NCBI GenBank assembly: GCA_963611755.1
Contig: CAVDTK010000001.1
Coordinates: forward strand, 1-45,986
DNA length: 45,986 nucleotides
DNA from: Oscillibacter sp. ER4
GTDB taxonomy: Bacteria; Actinomycetota; Coriobacteriia; Coriobacteriales; Atopobiaceae
Reading direction: 5' to 3'
In this document: one piece after another, positions 26,704-36,721 of the stretch
Layout of the letters: every line of letters starts with the position of its first letter
How positions within the stretch are numbered: position 1 is the first letter of the stretch
Made by a program: the position numbers and the translations under genes
Notes under the pieces: model-generated
Told to the model about the DNA's origin: nothing
Database searches by the model: none
Seen by the model: the letters and a program-made list of their open reading frames with translations, nothing else

Positions 26704-27402
26704 CTACTTGCCGGCGACCATCTTGAGGACGATGGCGGCGCAGTCCTTGGCGGCCTTGGCCTCGAACTCGGCGTAGGTGACGACCTGGTCCTGCTCGCCG
26801 GGCTTGTCGGAGATGGCCCTCACCACAACAAAGGGGAGGTTGTTGAGCCAAGCGGCCTGGGCGATGGCCGTGCCCTCCATCTCGCAGCAGAGGCCGCCAA
26901 AGTTGTCCGTGATGCGCGCCTTCTGCTCGGCGGACGAGATGAACTGGTCGCCCGAGACCACGCGGCCGGGCTTTGCCTTGATGTCGGGCGCGACGGCCTC
27001 GGCGGCGTCGAGAACAGCCTGGACCATGTCCTTATCGGCAGGGAAGGCCAGGACATCGAGGCCAGGCGTCTGGCCCAGGGCAAAGCCCAGGGGCGTCACG
27101 TCCATATCGTGCATGACGCACTCGGTGGAGACCACAAGGTCGCCCACGTTAAGGTCGGCGTCGAGCGAGCCCGCGATCCCGGTGTTGATCACGCGGTCAA
27201 CGCCAAAGCGGTCGGCCAGGATCTGCACGCAGATGGCGGCGTTGACCTTGCCGATGCCGGACTGCACGACGACTACCTGGGCGTCGTTTAAACTGCCCTC
27301 GCAAAACTCCATGCCCGCAACGCGGGTGACCTGGGTGTCTGCCATTTGCTCTTTAAGCGAGGCGACCTCGACCGCCATGGCTCCGATGATTCCGGTTTTC
27401 AT
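26704..27402 (-). CDS. mtnN: 5'-methylthioadenosine/S-adenosylhomocysteine nucleosidase
   Basis: GIIGAM, SGIGKVNAA, INTGIAG, SGDQFI, EMEG and RAISD. Confidence 0.95.
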   Translation of the reverse strand: MKTGIIGAMAVEVASLKEQMADTQVTRVAGMEFCEGSLNDAQVVVVQSGIGKVNAAICVQILADRFGVDRVINTGIAGSLDADLNVGDLVVSTECVMHDMDVTPLGFALGQTPGLDVLAFPADKDMVQAVLDAAEAVAPDIKAKPGRVVSGDQFISSAEQKARITDNFGGLCCEMEGTAIAQAAWLNNLPFVVVRAISDKPGEQDQVVTYAEFEAKAAKDCAAIVLKMVAGK

Positions 27403-27462
27403 GCATGCTCCTTCGTTGTAGGCGCGCTCGGGCGCGTCGGGTTTTGCCAAACTTTAGCGCCG

Positions 27463-27948
27463 CTAGGCGGGATAGTTCATGTGCGCCTCGTCGATATGGT
27501 CGAGCGTGTTGGTGAGGTAGCGGTTAGCCCACCAGTGCGCCAGGTTGAGGTCGGCGTCGTGCCAGTTGCCGCACTCGGCGGGCTTGGCGCCGGGGATCTC
27601 GCCCTCGAAGTCGCGGGCGAACTCGAAGATACGGCGCACCAGGTCGATGACGTCTTTGGACTCGTAGGCGCCAAAGAGCACCAGGTAGAAGCCGGTGCGA
27701 CAGCCCATCGGCCCAAAGTAGACCACGCGGCTCGACCAGTCCGAGACGCTGCGCAGGAAGGTGGCGCCCAGGTGCTCAAGCGCGTGTGCGGCCGCCGTGT
27801 CCATCACGGGCTCGCGATTGGGGGCGCAAAGGCGCAGGTCAAAGGTGGTGATGACGGCGCCGGTATCGGGGTCTTTGTCCACACGCGAGACATAGACGCC
27901 CGGCTCGAGCGTCAGGTGGTTCACGGTGAAGCTGGCGATAAGGTCCAT
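27463..27948 (-). CDS. luxS: S-ribosylhomocysteine lyase
   Basis: SFTVNH, HALEH, GPMGCRTGFY and CGN. Confidence 0.95.
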   Translation of the reverse strand: MDLIASFTVNHLTLEPGVYVSRVDKDPDTGAVITTFDLRLCAPNREPVMDTAAAHALEHLGATFLRSVSDWSSRVVYFGPMGCRTGFYLVLFGAYESKDVIDLVRRIFEFARDFEGEIPGAKPAECGNWHDADLNLAHWWANRYLTNTLDHIDEAHMNYPA

Positions 27949-28034
27949 GGGGGCTCCTTAGCAAAATTGGGTCGGAAGGTTCAGGCGGTTCGAGGGGCGG
28001 TCGACGGTCAAGCGACGAGAAGTGCACGTCTCCC

Positions 28035-28808
28035 CTACTTGGGAAGCACCGTGGCGATCCAGGGCTTTCCCTGGATGGCGCGCAGGACCTTGTCGGCCGG
28101 GAAGTCCGGGTGCACGCCCGCGGCGGCGCGCAGCACGATGACGATCTTGGTGCCGTAGGCGTCCATGCTCTGGAGCAGCACCACGGGCTCGAAGGCGGGG
28201 TTCAGCATGTCGCCCGCGGCCTCTTTGGCGATCTCGACGATCTGCCAGGTCACGTCTTCGAGGTCGGCCTTGGGGATGATCTGGACGGGCACACAGATCT
28301 TGCCCACCTCGGACGGATCGAGGTGCGTGAGCGAGGTCTTGTTGAGCACCGAGTTGGGGATGACCTCGACCGATCCGGTGCGGTCGAGCACCGTGGTGCT
28401 TCTCCATGTCACGTCGGTCACCTTGCCGGAAACCGACCCCACCGTGATGTCGTCACCGGGCTTGACCACGCGGCCCAGCATGAGCAGCAGGCCCGAGAAG
28501 ACATTGGAGATCGTGTCCTGCAGGCCCAGCGAGATGGCCAGCGAGACCACGCCCAGCGTGGCCACGAAGTAGGTGGGCGTGATGCCGAAGACGGGCTCCA
28601 GCACGCACAGCAGCGCGCAAGCCCAGATGACGGCGCGCACGATGTTGAGCAGGATCGAGGCCTTGGGGGCGCCGGACGCGGCGATGAGCTTCTTGGCGGC
28701 CCTGATGACGATGGCCTGCACCACCAGGGCGACTACCACGGCGACTACCAGGTAAATGCCGCCCGAGAAGAGTTTCTGGGCCAAAAAGCTCAACTGCTGC
28801 GCGTCCAT
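28035..28808 (-). CDS. Small-conductance mechanosensitive channel (MscS family)
   Basis: SLGLQDTISNVFSG, VKPGDDI, GKVTDVTWRST and IPNS. Confidence 0.9.
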   Translation of the reverse strand: MDAQQLSFLAQKLFSGGIYLVVAVVVALVVQAIVIRAAKKLIAASGAPKASILLNIVRAVIWACALLCVLEPVFGITPTYFVATLGVVSLAISLGLQDTISNVFSGLLLMLGRVVKPGDDITVGSVSGKVTDVTWRSTTVLDRTGSVEVIPNSVLNKTSLTHLDPSEVGKICVPVQIIPKADLEDVTWQIVEIAKEAAGDMLNPAFEPVVLLQSMDAYGTKIVIVLRAAAGVHPDFPADKVLRAIQGKPWIATVLPK

Positions 28809-28812
28809 GCGG

Positions 28813-31473
28813 CTACCCCTCTATCTTGACGATGGGAGCAAAACCGCGAAGCAGCTTCTTGGTCTTGCCGGTCCTGGTGAAACTGACCTCAAGGGTATCA
28901 CCCGAGACGCCCACGATGACGCCGGGACCGAAGGTCTTGTGCGAGATGCGGTCGCCCTTGGCGAAGGTGTCGCTGGAAGACGTTGCGGGGGCAGCCGCCT
29001 CGCCGGCTCTCTTGGCGTGCGGCGCGATGGGGGCGCCGGCGCTGCGGGATACCTTGGGGCGCGCGGCCGGGGCCTGCTGGCCAAACGAGGCGCTGGCACG
29101 GCGGGTGCCGAAGGTGCCCGCGCCGCCGGACGAGGCGGAGCCGGAGCCGCTGCCGAAGGAACCGCTGCTGGAACCGAAGCTACCGAAGGACCCGGAACCG
29201 CGACCCGTGCCGGAGCCGAAGGCCGACCCGCTGCCGAAGCCTAAGCCGGAAGACGGCCTGCTCTGGGGAGACCCGCCGGTCGAGCGGGTACGCGAGCCAA
29301 AGACGTGGCCGCCGTAGACCTCGGACCCGCGGCCGGAGCCAAAGGTCCCGTGGCGGTCTCCGCGCTTCTCCCAGCCCACGCCCGAGAAGCCCGACGAGCC
29401 CACACCCACGCGCTCGATATCATTAGCCGGGATCTCGCCCAGAAAACGGCTGGGCGGGTTTGCCGTGGTGGAGCCGTAGGTGCGGCGCGTGGCGGCAAAG
29501 GTCAGGTAGAGGCGCTGGCGGGCGCGCGTGATGGCCACGTAGGCCAGGCGGCGCTCCTCCTCCAGGTTGGACGGGTCGGAGTCGTACATGGCGTGCGGGA
29601 AGATGCCCTCCTCCATGCCGGCCACAAAGACCACCGGGAACTCCAGACCCTTGGCCGCGTGGATGGTCATCATCGTGACGGCATGGGTCTGCCCGGCCAA
29701 AGAATCGAGGTCGCTTCGAAGGGCGAGCCATTCCATGAAGGCCGGGAGCTTCTCGGCCGCCACGTCGGGGCGCAGCGGCTGCGTGGCGGGCGCGGGAGCC
29801 GCCGCAGGGGCAACCGCAGCCGCGGCCGCGCCGGCTTGGCCGTCCTCAAGGGCGCCGGCGGCGCGAAGCTGCTCCAGGGACTCCAAGGTCTCGGCCACGT
29901 TGTCGTGCGTCTCGTCGAACTCGGCGGCGACGGCCAGGAATTCCTTGATGTTCTCGATGCGGCCGTCCGCCTCGACGGTATGCTCGGCGGCCAGGGCCTG
30001 GATAAGGCCCGCTTTGTCGACGATGGCATCCACCACCTGCACCAACTCGCCCGAGATGTGGCGGCTGGACTCGATGATGCCGCAGAAGTCGCCCAGGGCC
30101 TGGCGGACCTTAGCCGAGAGCAGGCCCGTCTCGCAGATGGCCATCTGGCAGGCCGAGAAGAACGAGATGCCCTCCTGGGCGGCCAGCCCCGCGATCTTCT
30201 GGATCGAGGTGGTGCCGATGCCGCGGCGCGGCGTGTTGATCACGCGCTGGACCGCCACGTCGTCGTCGGGGTTGCAGACGGCCTTGAGATAGGCCATGAC
30301 GTCGCGCACCTCGGCGCGGTCGAAGAATCGCGTGCCGCCCACGATCTTGTAGGGCACGCCCGCGCGCAGGAACATATCTTCCAAGATACGGGACTGCGCG
30401 TTAGTGCGGTAGAAGACGGCCATGTCGTCGTAGCTCGTGCCGCCGTCGTGGAGTTTCTCGATCTCCGAGCCGATCCAGCGGCCCTCGTCGCGCTCGTCGG
30501 CGGCCTGGAAGACCTTGATCAGCTCGCCGTCGCCCGCGGTCGTGAACAGGCGTTTCTCCTTGCGGCGGGAGTTCCTGGCCACCACGGCGTTGGCGGCGTT
30601 CAGGATGTGGCCGGTCGAGCGGTAGTTCTGCTCGAGCCTCACCACGCGCGCGTCCGGGTAGTCCTTCTCGAAGTCCAGGATGTTCTGGATATCGGCGCCA
30701 CGCCACGAGTAGATGGACTGGTCGTCGTCGCCCACGACCATGAGGTTCTTGTACTTGCCGGCCAAAAGGTTGGTGATCGCGTACTGGACGTGGTTGGTGT
30801 CCTGGTACTCGTCCACGCTGATCTGGCGGAAGCGGTCCTGGTAGCCCTCGAGCACCTTAGGGTTCTTACTGAGAAGCTCCAGGGTCTTGAGCAGCAGGTC
30901 GTCGAAGTCCATGGCGTTGGCGCGCGCGAGGCGGCGGTCCAGCTCGCGGTAAACGCGGGCGGCGGCGCGATCGGCCGGGTTGGTAGACGACTCCATCTCT
31001 TCGGGGCCGACCATGGCGTTTTTGGCCGAGGAGATCTTGGAGCGCACGGCGTTGATCGGGAACTGCTTGGTATCGATGGAAAAGTCGCTCATGATGGCCT
31101 TGACCAGGCGCTTCGAGTCGTCGTCGTCATAGATGGCGAAGTTGGGCTTGTAGCCGATGAGCTCAGGGTCTTCTCGCAGCATGCGCACGCACATGGCGTG
31201 GAAGGTGCACACCCACATGCCGCGGGTGCCGCCGTCGGGCAGAAGGACGCCCAGGCGCTCGCGCATCTCGGCCGCGGCCTTGTTGGTGAAGGTGATGGCC
31301 AGGACCTGCCAGGGGCGCACGCCCTCGTCGGCGATCATGTGCGCAATGCGGAAGGTCAGCACGCGCGTCTTGCCCGAGCCGGCGCCCGCAAGGACCAGCA
31401 GAGGGCCCTTCGTGCAGGTAGCGGCCTCGTGCTGGGCCTCGTTCAAACCGGAGAGGTCGAAATTCTGAGTCAT
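28813..31473 (-). CDS. pcrA: PcrA/UvrD ATP-dependent DNA helicase
   Basis: AGAGSGKT, DEYQDTN, VGDDDQSIY, LEQNYRST, TIHAAKGLEF and EERRLAYVAITRA; G/S linker and Tudor-like C-terminal domain. Confidence 0.93.
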   Translation of the reverse strand: MTQNFDLSGLNEAQHEAATCTKGPLLVLAGAGSGKTRVLTFRIAHMIADEGVRPWQVLAITFTNKAAAEMRERLGVLLPDGGTRGMWVCTFHAMCVRMLREDPELIGYKPNFAIYDDDDSKRLVKAIMSDFSIDTKQFPINAVRSKISSAKNAMVGPEEMESSTNPADRAAARVYRELDRRLARANAMDFDDLLLKTLELLSKNPKVLEGYQDRFRQISVDEYQDTNHVQYAITNLLAGKYKNLMVVGDDDQSIYSWRGADIQNILDFEKDYPDARVVRLEQNYRSTGHILNAANAVVARNSRRKEKRLFTTAGDGELIKVFQAADERDEGRWIGSEIEKLHDGGTSYDDMAVFYRTNAQSRILEDMFLRAGVPYKIVGGTRFFDRAEVRDVMAYLKAVCNPDDDVAVQRVINTPRRGIGTTSIQKIAGLAAQEGISFFSACQMAICETGLLSAKVRQALGDFCGIIESSRHISGELVQVVDAIVDKAGLIQALAAEHTVEADGRIENIKEFLAVAAEFDETHDNVAETLESLEQLRAAGALEDGQAGAAAAAVAPAAAPAPATQPLRPDVAAEKLPAFMEWLALRSDLDSLAGQTHAVTMMTIHAAKGLEFPVVFVAGMEEGIFPHAMYDSDPSNLEEERRLAYVAITRARQRLYLTFAATRRTYGSTTANPPSRFLGEIPANDIERVGVGSSGFSGVGWEKRGDRHGTFGSGRGSEVYGGHVFGSRTRSTGGSPQSRPSSGLGFGSGSAFGSGTGRGSGSFGSFGSSSGSFGSGSGSASSGGAGTFGTRRASASFGQQAPAARPKVSRSAGAPIAPHAKRAGEAAAPATSSSDTFAKGDRISHKTFGPGVIVGVSGDTLEVSFTRTGKTKKLLRGFAPIVKIEG

Positions 31474-31637
31474 GGTGCCATCCAAAGCGTCAAAGATGAT
31501 TGTCCGTGCATGAGTGTAGCCGCCGCACCGGACATAAATTCGGACGGGCGTGCTGGGCGTTGCGGGGCGAGAGGGGCGCGGGGGCGGTGCCGGCAGCCCG
31601 CCGGAAACGGCCCGGCACCCACGCTCCGCCGCGCGGC

Positions 31638-32093
31638 CTACAAACTGGCGAGAAGGGCCTCGCACCCGGCAACGACGTCGCGGTAGGTCGCGTCGAAGTC
31701 GCCGGTGTACCAGGGATCGGCCACGTCGCGGGGAGAGTCCGTCCAATCGAGCAGGCGGCTTACCTTGCCCTGGGGGTCGTCCCCCAGGATGCGTCGCAGG
31801 CCGCGGGCGTTCTCGGCGTCCATATAAACGATGTGGTCCCACAGGCCGTAGTCCGCGCGGCGGATCTGGCGGGCGCGGTGCTTGCCCACGGGCACCCCCA
31901 CCTGGCGGAGCTTGGCCACCGTGCCGTGGTGGGGCGGGTTGCCGATCTCCTCGGTGCTCGTAGCGGCCGAGTCGATGAGAAACTCGTCGGCGCGGCCCGC
32001 GCGCTCAACCAGGTCCTGCATGACGAACTGGGCCATGGTCGAGCGGCAGATGTTGCCGTGGCAGATGAAGAGCACCTTGGTCACGTTGCGCAT
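31638..32093 (-). CDS. Low-molecular-weight protein-tyrosine phosphatase
   Basis: FICHGNICRS P-loop and DVADPWY. Confidence 0.93.
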   Translation of the reverse strand: MRNVTKVLFICHGNICRSTMAQFVMQDLVERAGRADEFLIDSAATSTEEIGNPPHHGTVAKLRQVGVPVGKHRARQIRRADYGLWDHIVYMDAENARGLRRILGDDPQGKVSRLLDWTDSPRDVADPWYTGDFDATYRDVVAGCEALLASL

Positions 32094-32106
32094 CCTTTCC
32101 CGCGGG

Positions 32107-33639
32107 CTAACCGTTGAAGTGGGCGCCGCGGCCGCCCTTCTTGCCGGCGTGGGGACGGCCGGCGTCGCCTGCGCCCTTGAGCTGCGAGTACCCGGTGTAC
32201 TTCGCGCGCTGGGGCTGCTCCAGTCGAACCCCGCCGTAGCCGTGGGAGTAGGTCGTGCCGCGGCGCAGGCTCATCTGCTTCTCGCGGCGGCGGCTCGACG
32301 CGCCAGAGCAGGCAAGGCCAACCAGGCACACGACGGCCACGGCGACCACCACGACGATGATCAGGTGCAGCGGGTCAGAGAGCCAGTCCATGACGAACAT
32401 CGGGATGGAGAGCTTGAGCTCGCTCGCCGTCTGGGCAGAAACGCTGCCCAGCTCACGGCCCTTATAGCTCACGCTCACCGTGCCGAGGTCGGCGCCCTTC
32501 TCCACAGGGGCGTCGACGGCAGCCGTCCAAGACGACTTGAAGGTAAGTGCCGAGGAAGCCGTGCCCGCAGGCACCGTCGCGCGCACGGAGCCGGTGGCCA
32601 GAGCCGCGACCGAGGTGCCCTCCTCAGACAGGCGGACGTCGGCCGAGCCCACGGTGTCGCCCGCGGCCACGACGTCTGCCGTGGTCCAGGACGCGTAGGC
32701 CCACTCGAGAAGCTCGTGCATCTCGGAGATGGCGGCCGTGTAGCCCTTGAGGTCGGTGTCGGCCCCCATCACGACGGCCACGAGATCCAGGCCGTTGTAG
32801 CTGGCGCCCACGGAAAGGCAGCGGCCGGCCGCGGGCGTGTAGCCGGTCTTTCCGGCAGTGACCGTGCCGTCCAGGTACCAGTCGGAGTCCTCGTTAAGCA
32901 GGAGATTCGTGTTGGTGAGGGTGCGCGCGGCGTTGCCCGAGGTTGCGGGCAGGTCCCACGTGGCGCTGCCCGAGACGCGCACGAACTCGGGCTGGCCCAT
33001 GGCGGCCTCGAGGATCTTGGCCATGTCGGCCGCCGTGGTGTAGTGGTCCTCGTCGTTTAGGCCGCAGGGGTTCATGAAGTGGGTATCGGCGCAGCCCAGC
33101 TCCGCGGCCTTCTCGTTCATCATGTCAACGAAGGCCTGGTAGCCGCCGGCGACGTGGCGCGCCAGCACGTAGGCCGCCTCGTTTCCGGAGGGCAGAAGCA
33201 GGCAGGCGAGGAGGTTCTCGATGCTCAAGGTCTCCCCCGCCACCAGGCCCGCGGTCGAGCTGTCCGAGGTGATCTGGTTGAGGTCTTCCTGGGTCACGGT
33301 CTCCTGCTCGTCGACGGAGGAGTTCTCGAGCACCACCAGGGCGCACATGACCTTGGTCATCGAGGCCGGATAGCGGCGCTCGGTGGCGTTCTTCTCGTAG
33401 ATGACCGTGTTGGTCGAGCGGTCGATGACCACGGCGGACCCGGCGGTGAGGTCGGGGCCGTCGACCTCGGACGCGGCCTTGGCGGCCGTGCCGTAGTCGA
33501 GCGCGGCGAAGGCCTGCGCGGGGCAGGCGACGATCGCGGCTGCCAGGGCCACGGCGAAGGCCAGGACGGCGCGCAGCGGGGCCGCGGGCGTCCTGCGGGC
33601 GGGCTCGTTCTTCTTTGACAGGGTCTTCTCGTCGAACAC
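32107..33639 (-). CDS. dacA: D-alanyl-D-alanine carboxypeptidase (peptidase S11) with C-terminal TM anchor
   Basis: SMTK (SxxK), SGN (SxN) and KTG motifs; signal peptide; GTG start after GAGG. Confidence 0.88.
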   Translation of the reverse strand: MFDEKTLSKKNEPARRTPAAPLRAVLAFAVALAAAIVACPAQAFAALDYGTAAKAASEVDGPDLTAGSAVVIDRSTNTVIYEKNATERRYPASMTKVMCALVVLENSSVDEQETVTQEDLNQITSDSSTAGLVAGETLSIENLLACLLLPSGNEAAYVLARHVAGGYQAFVDMMNEKAAELGCADTHFMNPCGLNDEDHYTTAADMAKILEAAMGQPEFVRVSGSATWDLPATSGNAARTLTNTNLLLNEDSDWYLDGTVTAGKTGYTPAAGRCLSVGASYNGLDLVAVVMGADTDLKGYTAAISEMHELLEWAYASWTTADVVAAGDTVGSADVRLSEEGTSVAALATGSVRATVPAGTASSALTFKSSWTAAVDAPVEKGADLGTVSVSYKGRELGSVSAQTASELKLSIPMFVMDWLSDPLHLIIVVVVAVAVVCLVGLACSGASSRRREKQMSLRRGTTYSHGYGGVRLEQPQRAKYTGYSQLKGAGDAGRPHAGKKGGRGAHFNG

Positions 33640-33658
33640 GGTTCTTAGTTCCTCTCGC

Positions 33659-34606
33659 CTAGCGGACCAGCGCGAAGTACGCGATGACCAGGATGCCCAG
33701 GACAATGCGGTACCAGCCGAAGGGCTTGAAGTTGTGCTTGCGGACAAAGCTCATCAAGAAGCGGATGACCAGCAGCGAGACCACGAAGGCCACGGCGCAG
33801 CCCACCAGAAGGATGGCCAGCTCACCGGCCGCGAAGGCGTTGCCTTTGAGGAAGAACTTGACCAGGCGAAGGCCCGAGGCGCCGGCCATGACGGGGATGG
33901 CCAGGTAGAAGGTGAACTCGGCCACTGCGGTGCGCGAGCAGCCCAGGAGCAGGCCGCCGATGATCGTGGAGCCGGAGCGAGAAGTGCCCGGGACGATGGA
34001 GAGCACCTGGAAGAGGCCGATGCCGATGGCGGTCTTCCAGTCGATCTCCTCGACGGTCTGGATGCGGGCGTCGGCGTCGGCCAGCTGCGAGCGGGTCGCG
34101 GGCTCGGCCGCGGCGGCGTGGGCCATGTGCTTGGGCGCGGGGCGCAGCGAGGAGGAGCCGTTGCCGCCGGGAAGGGCCGCGGCGGCTTTCTTCTCGCGGC
34201 TGGACTCGATGACGATGAACGCGATGCCGTAGACGATCAGGGCCGCCGCGATGACGAAGGGGCTGCCCAGGTGCTCCTCCATCCAGTCGTCGATAGGGAT
34301 GCCGATGACCGCGGCTGGGACGCACGCCACGATGGTCTTGCCCCACAGCGTCCACGTGTTGCGCTTCTCGATGGCCGACTTGGACGGCGCGAAGGGGTTC
34401 AGCTGGTGGAAGAAGATGACGCAGACGGCCAGGATCGCGCCGAGCTGGATGACCACCAGGAACATGTCCCAGAAGTCGGTCGAGACGTTCATGGTAAGGA
34501 ACTGGTTCAAAAGCAGCATGTGGCCGGTGGAAGAGATGGGCAGCCACTCGGTGATGCCCTCCACGACGCCAAAGACGGCCGCCTTCAGAAGCTCGATGAG
34601 ATCCAC
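33659..34606 (-). CDS. uppP: Undecaprenyl-diphosphate phosphatase
   Basis: GVVEGITEWLPISSTGH, PGTSRSGSTI and FGWYRI. Confidence 0.95.
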   Translation of the reverse strand: MDLIELLKAAVFGVVEGITEWLPISSTGHMLLLNQFLTMNVSTDFWDMFLVVIQLGAILAVCVIFFHQLNPFAPSKSAIEKRNTWTLWGKTIVACVPAAVIGIPIDDWMEEHLGSPFVIAAALIVYGIAFIVIESSREKKAAAALPGGNGSSSLRPAPKHMAHAAAAEPATRSQLADADARIQTVEEIDWKTAIGIGLFQVLSIVPGTSRSGSTIIGGLLLGCSRTAVAEFTFYLAIPVMAGASGLRLVKFFLKGNAFAAGELAILLVGCAVAFVVSLLVIRFLMSFVRKHNFKPFGWYRIVLGILVIAYFALVR

Positions 34607-34955
34607 GGTACCTCCTGTATATCCTGCATAGAGACAGATGGTTTAAGTTTCCTCTATAGGGGGTATCGGGTCGCGCAGAATTTCGCATGCGCAGCGAAAA
34701 ACCATCTGGGGCGGGCGACGAGACGGACGGGGGTCACCCGGGCTTCTCGCCGAGCTTCTCGCCTGCGGGCGCACGGCTCACGCCGACCTTCTCGCCAGCG
34801 GACCCGCCGCTCACCGGAAAAGGCCGCGCACACATGTGGCTTTACTCCCCTGCGGCGTTTCTCGCCCGCGACTTGGGGTAAGAAAGCCGCGACCAGCCGT
34901 TTTATGCGGCCCGTTTGCGGTCGGCGGGACTCGGCCGCGCGAGAAAGGAAGAACC

Positions 34956-35414
34956 ATGAGCGCCTCTGACACCTACCAAGACCTCGGTTACAAGAAAATC
35001 TTCGTCGCGCTGGACGGCTCGGACGGGCAGGGCAAGGTCCTCGACCGCGCGATCGCCCTGGCGGCAAACGACGAGGCCGAGCTTTACCTGGGCCACGCCA
35101 TCGACACGACCGCGCTTGAGGGCACCGGCGCCTTCCCGGCCGGGGTCATGCGCGACCTCGAGAAGCAGTTCCGCGAGTCGATCCAGCCGGCCGTCGACCG
35201 CGCCGAGGCCAATCCCCGGATCAAGAAAGTCGAGGTCATGGTGGGTAACGGCCGCATCCGCGAGACCCTGAAGGACGACATGCTCGACGTCATCCACCCC
35301 GACCTGGTCATCTGCGGCGCGCGCGGGCTTTCCTCCATCAAGTACGCGATCCTGGGCTCCATCTCGACCTTCTTGACCAGAAACTGCGAGTGCGACGTGC
35401 TCATCATCAAATAA
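34956..35414 (+). CDS. Universal stress protein
   Basis: YKKIFVALDGS, DLVICGARG, LGSIS and CDVLIIK. Confidence 0.92.
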   Translation: MSASDTYQDLGYKKIFVALDGSDGQGKVLDRAIALAANDEAELYLGHAIDTTALEGTGAFPAGVMRDLEKQFRESIQPAVDRAEANPRIKKVEVMVGNGRIRETLKDDMLDVIHPDLVICGARGLSSIKYAILGSISTFLTRNCECDVLIIK

Positions 35415-35556
35415 CGGTTCGAGGTTTTACTTTGCTTGCGGCGGCGGCCGCGGCGCGTGGATAAACGGTGACAAACCCTCAAGTAGGTTAAAGTAGGAGC
35501 ATTGCACGCCTGATCGCCCGGCGTTTTCCGGGACCCCGACTAAAAGGTATCGAGCC

Positions 35557-36687
35557 TTGACTTCTGTGAAACTCACCACCAGGGTTGCAAAGCCCGTCAT
35601 CGCCGCGACCGCTGCCGCCGCCATCTGCGCCGGCATCCTTGGCCTGGGCAGCTGCCCCGCCGGCGCGGCCACGCTCGACGAGCTCACGCAGCAGATTGAG
35701 CAGACCAACGACTCCTACGAGAGCGCCACGCAGAAGGTCGCCGAGATCGAGGCCAAGATCCAGGCCAACGAGGAGCGCATCGCCCAGATCGAGGCGGAGC
35801 TCCCCCAGAAGCGCCAGGCCGCCGCGACGTGCATGAAGGCGCAGTACAAGCTGCAGCAGGGGGCGAGCGGCCTCATCGAGCTGCTTCTCTCCGCCGAGAA
35901 CTTCAACGACTTCATCTCGACGATCCAGTACCTGGACGTCATCAATAACCACAACAACAACGCCATCGACGAGCTGGTCTCCGCCGACGAGGAGCTGGCC
36001 CAGACCCGCCTTACGCTCGAGACCGAGAAGCAGCAGGCCGAGGCCACCCAGCAGGAGGCGCAGGACTCCCTGAGCGCCGCGATCTCGGCCCGTCAGCAGC
36101 TTGAGCAGGAGATGGCCGCGCAGGCCGCCGCCGAGGAGGCCGAGCGCCAGGCCGCCGTCGCGGCTGCCGCTGCCGCCGCGAGCTCGAGCACCGATTCGGC
36201 CAACTCCGGCACGTCGAGCACCGACTCCAGCTCCAGCCAGACGACGTTCGACACCAACACCGGCAACTCTTCCGAGGTCAGCGTGCCCGAGAGCACCGAC
36301 CCCGGCACCGTCGACTGGAGCAGCGACAAGTCAGCGTTCATCTCGACCTGGACCTCGCGCATCGACGCTTATCTAGCCGGCAGCCCGATGGCCGGCTGCG
36401 GCAAGACCTTTGCCGAGGCCGCCTGGGACTACGGCGCGGACCCGCGCTTCTCGCCCGCCATCGCCTGCATCGAGAGCGGCAAGGGCACCTACTGCTTCAA
36501 GCCCCACAACGCCTGGGGCTGGGGCAGCTCCAGCTGGCCTGACTGGGACACCGCCATCCGCGCCCACGTCAAGGGCCTGGCGTCCATCTACGGTGGCCAC
36601 CTTACCTATGCCGGCGCACAGATGTACTGCCCGCCTAACGCCGACTTCTGGTACTCGTCGGTCGCGGCCCAGATGGAGCTCATCTAA
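35557..36687 (+). CDS. Secreted coiled-coil protein (PcsB/CwlO-like N-terminus) with lysozyme/glucosaminidase-like C-terminal domain
   Basis: Signal peptide, heptad repeats, ELLLSAENFNDFI, and C-terminal AIACIESGKG..HNAWGWG. Confidence 0.72.
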   Translation: MTSVKLTTRVAKPVIAATAAAAICAGILGLGSCPAGAATLDELTQQIEQTNDSYESATQKVAEIEAKIQANEERIAQIEAELPQKRQAAATCMKAQYKLQQGASGLIELLLSAENFNDFISTIQYLDVINNHNNNAIDELVSADEELAQTRLTLETEKQQAEATQQEAQDSLSAAISARQQLEQEMAAQAAAEEAERQAAVAAAAAAASSSTDSANSGTSSTDSSSSQTTFDTNTGNSSEVSVPESTDPGTVDWSSDKSAFISTWTSRIDAYLAGSPMAGCGKTFAEAAWDYGADPRFSPAIACIESGKGTYCFKPHNAWGWGSSSWPDWDTAIRAHVKGLASIYGGHLTYAGAQMYCPPNADFWYSSVAAQMELI

Positions 36688-36721
36688 GGGGTGCGCGATG
36701 GCCAGTGCGGCTGGCCGGGCT

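Noticed and set aside
26704..27948. luxS-mtnN pair as a novel quorum-sensing system
   Set aside because: Well-known activated methyl cycle/AI-2 pathway; no receptor genes here.
28900..29400. GSG-rich repeats in the PcrA C-terminal region
   Set aside because: Low-complexity linker before the Tudor-like domain, expected for this family.
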